In this document: piece by piece, positions 57,526 to 64,000 of the stretch
Layout of the letters: every line of letters begins with the position of its first letter
Numbering within the stretch: the first letter of the stretch is position 1
NCBI GenBank assembly: GCA_028872915.1
Contig: JAGWNY010000013.1
Span: 3,550-67,549, forward strand
Direction: 5' to 3'
DNA from: Verrucomicrobiota bacterium
GTDB taxonomy: Bacteria; Verrucomicrobiota; Verrucomicrobiia; Limisphaerales; UBA11358
DNA length: 64,000 nucleotides
Made by a program: the position numbers and the translations under genes
Notes under the pieces: generated by a model
What the model was told of the DNA's origin: nothing
The model's database searches: none
The model's input: the letters and a program-made list of their open reading frames with translations, nothing else

Positions 57526-59739
57526 ATGGCTGTCCGCATCCAAAGCAAGCCGTCCTTTTTCTGGCAGGGAATTTTGATTCTGCTGCCGGTCGTATTGATG
57601 GCGTGTTTCGGTTTTTGGGCAATTTTGCACGAGCGTAATTCGGTGGAACAGGACGCGCGGCAACGGGCAAATGAAATTATTCAATCCCTGCCAAACGATT
57701 TCGGGCGACTGGCCGCGAACGGATTGGTTTCCACGGATGCGTCGAAAAATGGATGGTTCGGCTATTTGCAATGGGCTTTGGCCGCCTGGCCGGATGACAA
57801 AACGCGCAAACAATTGGTTAACAACACCAATGAAGTTGCCGACATCACGCGAGAAGCAAGGGTTTTGCATGAAATGTTTCCCGACTGGACAAATGGAGCG
57901 CCGCCGATTGTGGATTTCAGGCTGTCAACCAATGGCAACGTGGACGGGTTGCGCCGGATTCCGCCGTCTCCACCTGATTGGCTCGCGTCGCTGTCCACGG
58001 AACAGCACGAGGCATGGGCGGGGCTTGTGGCGGCTGACTACGCCAACGCTCCGCTGACCAACATTATTGCATTGGCCGCCGCGTTTGAGCGAACCGAGCC
58101 GGCCGAATCCGCAAAAATCAATGCAAGGTTCATCCGCCTCCGCGCGGAATCGCGGTCGCTGCCGGCGACCAACTCCATCAGCCTGCTATTCCGTTTTGCC
58201 GGATCACACTATGACGTTGAATCTGAAAGCGGTTTGCCATTGGGCACGTTGGCATTGGCGGAAGCGTTGAAGCGGTCGCGTGAATGCGGCCCAACGAAAC
58301 GACTCTGGGAGGCGCTGCGTTCCGAAGTCGTGGACCCGGGTATTTTCGCGCCAAGTCTGTTGAACAATGCCGCGAATTTGGCCGCCAACAATCCGCAATT
58401 GTCGGAAGGCATTCGCGCAATGCGCATTTTAATGGATGACAAACAAATGCAACGCGATCTGGCGGACGCAGTGAAACAATCCGGCAGCGTGAATGGCATC
58501 ACGACGACAAATGTTTGGGTGGACGCCATGGGGCGGCGCTGGTTCTGTATTTTACAACCGGAAGCATCCGGCGGCGGGACCATCATCTCGAATAAACCCG
58601 TTCACTGGACGACAATTTTCACCGAGGTGTCGTGTTACCCTGAATCGCTTGTTGTAAAGGCATTTCAAGGTGCATTGCGAGACTCAAGCGTTTCATTGCC
58701 GGGTTATTTCAAAATTGCAATCAGGCTGGAAGGGCAGCGGATTGCGTTATCGCCAAAAATTCCGCAAGGCGATGTTTTGGCGCAACGGCAATTTCAGATG
58801 ATTTCGGTTGGCGAAGGACTGAATCCAATGACAGGACAGGAGAGCAACAAACCCTTCGACGATATGCCCAGCCATCCGCGCTTTACCGTGAGCGTGATTC
58901 TTGCCAACCGTCCCCTGCTGTACGCCAGGCAAAGGCAGCTTCAATTGATTTTTGGTTCGTTGATCGGGCTGTCCACAATTTCGGCCCTGATCGGATTTTT
59001 TGCCGCGTTGCGTTCATTTCGTCGGCAACATCAACTCAATGAAATGAAGTCCAATTTCGTTTCCAGCGTTTCGCACGAATTGCGCGCGCCCATCGCGTCC
59101 GTTCGGCTCATGGCCGAAAATCTGGAGCGAGGCAAAATTGCCGAATCGGAAAAGCAAAACGATTATTTCCGTTTCATCGTGCAGGAATGCCGGCGATTGT
59201 CATCGCTCATCGAAAATGTTTTGGATTTTTCACGCATTGAACAAAATCGCAAGCAATATGACTTTGAGCCGACCGACCTCGCGGCGCTCGCGCAGACCAC
59301 GGTAAAATTGATGGAGCCGTCCGCCGCGGAGAGGGGAGTGCGATTGGCGTTCCAGGCTGGGCTGGCGCCTGAAAAGTGCGAGCCAAATCTGGACGGTCGC
59401 GCCATCCAGCAGGCCCTGGTGAACCTGTTAGACAATGCCGTCAAACATTCTCCCAAAGGCGCAACCGTTGAAATTGGTTTGAAATCCGAAGGCGGCGCGA
59501 TTGAACTTTTTGTCAAGGACAGCGGGCCGGGAATTCCGCGCGAAGAGCATGAAAAAATTTTTGAGCGGTTTTACCGGCGCGGTTCGGAATTGCGCCGCGA
59601 AACGCAGGGTGTTGGAATTGGATTGAGCATTGTCAAACACATTGTCGAAGCGCATGGCGGAAAAATCTTTGTCAAAAGCGAAATCGGCAAAGGCAGCCGG
59701 TTTGTGATCGAGCTGCCGGTGAAAAATCAGCATGAATGA
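57526..59739 (+). CDS. Membrane sensor histidine kinase with large periplasmic domain
   Basis: 737 aa. TM1 [23 protein letters not shown], a ~430-aa periplasmic region of unknown family, and TM2 [22 protein letters not shown]. His[15 protein letters not shown] and HATPase_c ([36 protein letters not shown]). Confidence 0.9.
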   Translation: MAVRIQSKPSFFWQGILILLPVVLMACFGFWAILHERNSVEQDARQRANEIIQSLPNDFGRLAANGLVSTDASKNGWFGYLQWALAAWPDDKTRKQLVNNTNEVADITREARVLHEMFPDWTNGAPPIVDFRLSTNGNVDGLRRIPPSPPDWLASLSTEQHEAWAGLVAADYANAPLTNIIALAAAFERTEPAESAKINARFIRLRAESRSLPATNSISLLFRFAGSHYDVESESGLPLGTLALAEALKRSRECGPTKRLWEALRSEVVDPGIFAPSLLNNAANLAANNPQLSEGIRAMRILMDDKQMQRDLADAVKQSGSVNGITTTNVWVDAMGRRWFCILQPEASGGGTIISNKPVHWTTIFTEVSCYPESLVVKAFQGALRDSSVSLPGYFKIAIRLEGQRIALSPKIPQGDVLAQRQFQMISVGEGLNPMTGQESNKPFDDMPSHPRFTVSVILANRPLLYARQRQLQLIFGSLIGLSTISALIGFFAALRSFRRQHQLNEMKSNFVSSVSHELRAPIASVRLMAENLERGKIAESEKQNDYFRFIVQECRRLSSLIENVLDFSRIEQNRKQYDFEPTDLAALAQTTVKLMEPSAAERGVRLAFQAGLAPEKCEPNLDGRAIQQALVNLLDNAVKHSPKGATVEIGLKSEGGAIELFVKDSGPGIPREEHEKIFERFYRRGSELRRETQGVGIGLSIVKHIVEAHGGKIFVKSEIGKGSRFVIELPVKNQHE

Positions 59740-60418
59740 GCGCATTTTAATCGTGGAAGACGAAACGCCCATGCGCACGGCGCTGGCTGATTTGTTCGCG
59801 TCCGAAGGTTATCGCGTTTTGACAGCCGTGGACGGCGAAAGCGGATTGCGCCGCGCGCTCGAAGAAAAACCCGATTTGATTTTGCTCGACGTGATGATGC
59901 CCAAGCTGGATGGCTTCACGCTCTGCGCCGAATTGCGCCGCTTGTCCAACGCCGTTCCCGTTTTAATGCTCACCGCCAAGGGACAAATCGAAGATCGCGT
60001 CACCGGCTTGGACGCCGGCGCGGATGATTATCTGGTCAAGCCGTTCAGCACCGAGGAACTGCTCGCCCGCGTGCGCGCCTTGCTGCGCCGGATGCAACGA
60101 AAGGTAAAATCGCCGGTCACATTGAAGCTGGGCGAAACGGAAATCAATCTGGCCCGGCAAACGGCTGTGCGAGGAAAAAAACAAATTCACCTCACCGCCA
60201 GGGAATTTGCCATGCTGCGATTGATGGCCGAGGCCGAGGGCGAACCGGTTTCGCGGGAAAAATTTCTCGACGTGGTTTGGGGGTATGCGGCGTATCCCAC
60301 GACGCGCACAGTGGACAATCACATTGCCAGCTTGCGCGCCAGGATCGAAATAACCCCCAATGAACCGCGGTGGATCAAAACGGTCCACGGCGTCGGCTAC
60401 AAATTGGAACTGGAATGA
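59732..60418 (+). CDS. OmpR/PhoB-family response regulator
   Basis: 228 aa. [24 protein letters not shown], a winged-helix output ([23 protein letters not shown]...[22 protein letters not shown]), and an 8-nt overlap with the kinase gene. Confidence 0.9.
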   Translation: MNERILIVEDETPMRTALADLFASEGYRVLTAVDGESGLRRALEEKPDLILLDVMMPKLDGFTLCAELRRLSNAVPVLMLTAKGQIEDRVTGLDAGADDYLVKPFSTEELLARVRALLRRMQRKVKSPVTLKLGETEINLARQTAVRGKKQIHLTAREFAMLRLMAEAEGEPVSREKFLDVVWGYAAYPTTRTVDNHIASLRARIEITPNEPRWIKTVHGVGYKLELE

Positions 60419-60483
60419 AGTTTCCATGACGGATTTTGCAAAAGCATGACAATTGGCGCTGGCAATTCTAGAAAAATAAAATT

Positions 60484-63327
60484 ATGAAAACAAAATGGTG
60501 CATTTTGATGCTGCTTTTGGCCGCCGCGTTTGCCCGCGCGCAAACAAATCTTACCGCGCTCCTGCAACAAGGCCTGTTCGAGGAGCAGGCCAATCGCAAT
60601 CTCGACGCGGCCATCTCCAATTATCAATCGCTTGCCACGCAATTCGACAAAGACCGGCAACTCGCTGCCACGGCGATTTTCCGGTTGGGCGAATGCTACC
60701 GGATGCAGGGCAAGACGAACGAAGCCGCGCGGGAATATCAACGCATCGTGAACGAATTCCCGAATCAATCAACTTTGGTGACGTTGAGCCATCAGAATTT
60801 GGCAGCAATTGGGGCGCCCCAGTCTGCCGCAACACCGCCAGACATCCCGGAAGCAAAACTCTGGAATCGCGTAAAAGATCTTCCGCAAAATCAGTTGGAA
60901 CAAGTCCTTCCCACCCTGGCTCCGGACCTTTTGTTGACGAGCCTGCTGCAACAGCGCGATGCGGCTGAAACCAAACTCGCGGAACTGCAAAATTTCTATT
61001 CCCCCCAGACTCCCGATGTCAAAAGTCAAAAATCAGTCCTGGCCGCGATTAACGAACAAATCTCCGAAAAAATAAATGGCATCATGGAAGCCTTGAAATT
61101 GCGGGCTGAACTGGCCCAAACCACGGCGCCGACCGGCGGGCCGACCCTCGCCCAGGCCCAGGAAGTCCAAATCGCGGGGTTTCAGCAAATGATTCAAAAC
61201 AGTCCGGATTTGATCAATGCGCCGGTCGGTGGAAGCACACCGCTGGTGAAAGCCGTTTCCGACGGTTTGCTCAAAGTCGCGGAGTATCTGTTGGACCACG
61301 GGGCTGGCGTGAATGTTTCATGCCCTCGGATCCCCGGTCTCCTGGACCCGAGGGGCGATGTCACGCCTTTGATGGCAGCGGTCGTGGCCGGGAACAAGGC
61401 CATGACCCAGTTTCTGATTGACCGAGGCGCGGATGTGAATGCCAAGACGCAAAATGGAAGCACACCGTTGGCGATCGCGGCTGGAAAAGGCTTCCAGGCT
61501 GTCACTGAAGTTTTGCTGGCGAACAAAGCTGACGTGAATGCGCGGGACAGCAATGGCCAGACTCCGCTCATGTTCGCCGCCAGTGCCGGTCATCTCGAAG
61601 TGGTGAAATTACTGCTGGCCGACGGCGCAAATGTGAATCTCAAAGATACTCTTGGGCGCACGGCGCTTAATTGCGCCATCGGAAATCCGCCGGAAATTAT
61701 GCAGGCGCTTTTGCATGCCGGAGCCGATCCCAATACCGAAGACAATCAAGGACGCACGCCGTTAAGCTATGCTTCGGAAAGGGACAATTCAGAAGTTGTG
61801 AAAGTGCTTTTGGACGCCAAAGCCAATCCCAATGGCGGCAAGCCATTGAATGCGCCGTTGCTTTGTGCTGTTCACGAAAAAAATATCGTATCCGCCGAAT
61901 TGCTGTTGCAAGCCGGCGCAAATCCAAATGTTGTCGGCGGCGTGAGCAGCCGTTCGACGGACCATCAAACAACCTATTTTAGGAACAATCAATGGCATTT
62001 GACGCCGTTGTGGCTGGCAATTTATCTTGATGATTCTGCGATGGTGCAATTGCTTCTGAAATACAAAGCCGACCCGAACGATTCGCAAACGGATGGAAAG
62101 CCTGTGCTGTTTGATGCGCTGGATCGCACAAATATCCTTGAGGTGTTGCTGGACTCCGGTGGCGATGCAAATTCTCGCATGTCGGATGGCTGGCCATTAC
62201 TGGAGCAGGCCGTTTCCAACGGAAAGGTCCCAATGGTGCAACTGCTCTTGCAGCACGGAGCGGACTCAAATGTCCGCGATGAAGCTCAGAACAGCAGCGC
62301 AGACGGTTACACACCGCTTCATTTCGCCGCCGAACAATTGGCCGACCCGAAAATTTTTGAATTGTTGCTCGACCACCACGCCGACCCAAACGTGCGCGGC
62401 AATGATGGCAAGACGCCTCTCGATTTGCTCAAGGAAAAAATGAAGAGCCCATCAACCGCCAATGCCAACGGATTCGGGGTCGCAATGAGAACTATTTACG
62501 TTTCTCCCAAAGAACAACAAACTGAAACGATAGCCGCGCAACTCGCCGATTTGCTTCGCCAACATGGCGCTTTGGACAATTTGCCGGATTGGGACGCGAT
62601 TGAAGTCAGCCGTCCTTCCAAAAAATATTCAGCAGTGGTTTTTAAAAAAAGCACCAATGACTGGAACAGGTTCACCCTGCTTGAGTTGATCGCAGTGCAG
62701 TATCAATTTCTGGCGGCTTCGCCGGCAGGCCAAGAGCGCGTGCGAGACCGATCCGATATTCTGGCGGTGAATGGTCAGCGTTCATCCGCGTTGTCGTTTC
62801 CTGACCTCGCAAACATCCGGATTCGTCGGCCCTCGCCGGATGGCAGGAGGTGGCGGGACCTGCCGGTGGACCTCAAATCCATCCTGCAATCCGGCGAATG
62901 CTCGAACAATGTGCCGCTTAAATGGGGGGATGTGGTGGAGATTCCCGAGACCGACCATCCTTTCAGCGAAGCGTGGGGCGGATTCTCGCCTCTTCAATTG
63001 ACCAACCTGATGAGGTGTCTGACGAGGCGGGTGAGGATCACTGTCAAAGGCCAGTCCACCGCCATCACTTTGAAGCCCGATTTCGAGTTTTCAGGCGGAT
63101 ACCCTTATGTCGTTACCCATGCGCCCTTCTGGATCGAACCGGTGCTTCGCAATTCCAATCTGTTGCTTGCTTCCTCGGACCTTTCACACATCACAGTCAT
63201 CCGCCGGGATCCTGAAACCGGCAAGAAAAAGGAATGGACCATGGATTGCTCAAATCCCAATTTCAATTCCCCGCCCGCTTTCTGGCTCCGCAACGGTGAC
63301 GTGATCATCGTGCCCGAAAAAGAGTGA
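60484..63327 (+). CDS. Secreted TPR / ankyrin-repeat protein with two C-terminal SLBB-like beta-grasp domains
   Basis: 947 aa with signal peptide MKTKWCILMLLLAAAFARAQ. YbgF-like TPR (AISNYQSLATQF...FRLGECYRMQGKTNEAAREYQRIV). About 10-11 ankyrin units between ~aa 245-640 (e.g. GSTPLAIAAGKGFQAVTEVLLANKADVNARD, GQTPLMFAASAGHLEVVKLLLADGANVN). The C-terminus has ...IRIRRPSPDG..DLPVDLKSIL....VPLKWGDVVEIPE and ...ITVIRRDPETG...FWLRNGDVIIVPEKE. Confidence 0.85.
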   Translation: MKTKWCILMLLLAAAFARAQTNLTALLQQGLFEEQANRNLDAAISNYQSLATQFDKDRQLAATAIFRLGECYRMQGKTNEAAREYQRIVNEFPNQSTLVTLSHQNLAAIGAPQSAATPPDIPEAKLWNRVKDLPQNQLEQVLPTLAPDLLLTSLLQQRDAAETKLAELQNFYSPQTPDVKSQKSVLAAINEQISEKINGIMEALKLRAELAQTTAPTGGPTLAQAQEVQIAGFQQMIQNSPDLINAPVGGSTPLVKAVSDGLLKVAEYLLDHGAGVNVSCPRIPGLLDPRGDVTPLMAAVVAGNKAMTQFLIDRGADVNAKTQNGSTPLAIAAGKGFQAVTEVLLANKADVNARDSNGQTPLMFAASAGHLEVVKLLLADGANVNLKDTLGRTALNCAIGNPPEIMQALLHAGADPNTEDNQGRTPLSYASERDNSEVVKVLLDAKANPNGGKPLNAPLLCAVHEKNIVSAELLLQAGANPNVVGGVSSRSTDHQTTYFRNNQWHLTPLWLAIYLDDSAMVQLLLKYKADPNDSQTDGKPVLFDALDRTNILEVLLDSGGDANSRMSDGWPLLEQAVSNGKVPMVQLLLQHGADSNVRDEAQNSSADGYTPLHFAAEQLADPKIFELLLDHHADPNVRGNDGKTPLDLLKEKMKSPSTANANGFGVAMRTIYVSPKEQQTETIAAQLADLLRQHGALDNLPDWDAIEVSRPSKKYSAVVFKKSTNDWNRFTLLELIAVQYQFLAASPAGQERVRDRSDILAVNGQRSSALSFPDLANIRIRRPSPDGRRWRDLPVDLKSILQSGECSNNVPLKWGDVVEIPETDHPFSEAWGGFSPLQLTNLMRCLTRRVRITVKGQSTAITLKPDFEFSGGYPYVVTHAPFWIEPVLRNSNLLLASSDLSHITVIRRDPETGKKKEWTMDCSNPNFNSPPAFWLRNGDVIIVPEKE

Positions 63328-63385
63328 GGACTCCATTTTCGCGCGGCTTGACGCTGCGGGCAAACCGCCTTAAGGTCATCTTGTT

Positions 63386-63480
63386 CGGGGAGCCAAAACC
63401 GCGCGTCGCGGAACGGCTGAGAGGCCCGCGTGGCGGGCGACCCGTGAACCTGATCCAGATAATGCTGGCGTAGGAACCCT
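63386..63480 (+). promoter_or_regulatory. TPP (THI-box) riboswitch aptamer upstream of thiC
   Basis: cggggagcc...cggCTGAGAgg...gACCCgtgAACCTGATCcaGATAATGCtgGCGtAGGAAc matches the conserved THI-element core (GGGG.GC, CUGAGA, ACCC..AACCUGAUC.GGAUAAUGCC.GCG.AGGGAA). It lies ~75 nt upstream of the thiC ATG. Confidence 0.9.
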
Positions 63481-63556
63481 GGCGGGTAGCCACCGTGCGG
63501 AGATCGTGGCCGCCGGCTGCTGAATCGGTCGCGGGCGAACTTCGAACGAGAGAACT

Positions 63557-64000
63557 ATGATTGCGTCGAAAGAATCGTTCGGGCCGCATAGCAGCGAGCA
63601 ATTGCCCCATTCCAAACGCGTTTACGCCGCCGGCGCCGTTCATCCCGACGTGCGCGTGCCCATGCGCGAAATCCATCTGGCGCCCACCAGGCTTTCCACC
63701 GGCCGCGTCGAAGCGAACGAACCGGTCCGGGTCTATGATACCAGCGGTCCCTGGGGCGATCCGGGCTTTACCGGGACGGCTGAAACCGGTTTGCCGGCGC
63801 TGCGGCGGGATTGGATTTTGCGGCGCGGTGACGTGGAGGAATATGCACAAAACGGCGGGCCGGCGGGCCGGAACGGCGGTATGCCCTCTGCCGGGCGCGG
63901 TTCCATTCGCCATCCGCTCCGCGCCCGTCCGGGCAAAGTGGTTACTCAATTGGCCTACGCCCGCGCCGGCATCGTGACGCCGGAAATGGAATTCATCGCC
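63557..64000 (+). CDS. thiC: Phosphomethylpyrimidine synthase ThiC (5' part; runs off the window)
   Basis: My own translation from the ATG at 63557: MIASKESFGPHSSEQLPHSKRVYAAGAVHPDVRVPMREIHLAPT...EPVRVYDTSGPWGDPGF...GKVVTQLAYARAGIVTPEMEFIA. This is collinear with the ThiC N-terminus. It is absent from the ORF track because no stop is reached. Confidence 0.9.
   Translation, partial: MIASKESFGPHSSEQLPHSKRVYAAGAVHPDVRVPMREIHLAPTRLSTGRVEANEPVRVYDTSGPWGDPGFTGTAETGLPALRRDWILRRGDVEEYAQNGGPAGRNGGMPSAGRGSIRHPLRARPGKVVTQLAYARAGIVTPEMEFIA

Noticed and set aside
57526-63327. Impression that the HK-RR-ankyrin block has lower GC than the rest of the window and might be a horizontally acquired insertion that truncated the oxidase operon
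   Set aside because: Hand counts of single 60-nt lines gave 47-62% inside the block, and also 50-55% in typA and accC, so the variation is within the window's normal scatter. There are no flanking repeats, tRNA or integrase. A sliding-window GC and codon-usage computation would be needed to revive the idea.

Overview
This is a 64-kb, GC-rich chromosomal window. It most likely comes from a PVC-superphylum bacterium, probably Verrucomicrobiota. That assignment is an inference from three things: a pilin-like 'AIAVPNFVKARE..NACINNLR' module, secreted proteins ending in a '...YRV'-type C-terminal module, and short dispersed elements that translate as 'ETPHVVSYG'.

I can support about 55 protein-coding genes. 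Most are housekeeping: tyrS, nrdR, mdh, tig, typA, purM, ilvN, yggS, aroQ, accB, accC, clpB, aroC, trpA and the 5' end of thiC. Between them are carbohydrate-utilisation genes (GH35, kduI/kduD, a GH18-like lipoprotein and an unassigned secreted hydrolase), envelope genes (a TolC-like protein, manC, an O-antigen-ligase-like protein) and a dense regulatory cluster (two histidine kinases, four response regulators or transcription factors, and a CHASE2 cyclase). There is one clear RNA element, a TPP riboswitch in front of thiC. I found no rRNA, tRNA, CRISPR array, transposase, integrase, phage gene or recognisable defence gene.

The most unusual locus is a tightly coupled minus-strand operon at 23982-31348. 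It encodes a large predicted outer-membrane beta-barrel with a Pro-rich N-terminus, a 1267-aa secreted protein that fuses ten CXXCH haem motifs to an LVIVD-type beta-propeller, and an NHL-repeat beta-propeller protein. A secreted tandem GlcG/HbpS-like (DUF336) protein is transcribed divergently from it. I read this as a candidate porin-cytochrome-type redox module of uncharacterised architecture.

Secondary curiosities:
- Relics of a haem-copper oxidase operon: a 42-codon CoxIII tail, plus a CoxIV-like ORF with an in-frame TGA exactly at the conserved His.
- A lipoprotein whose pilin-like helix and globular domain sit at the C-terminus.
- A secreted TPR-ankyrin-SLBB protein downstream of a two-component pair.
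- Several small repeats and hairpins.

All calls come from reading the ORF translations and the DNA by eye. No searches were run, so family names are motif-based recognitions and start codons are best guesses.
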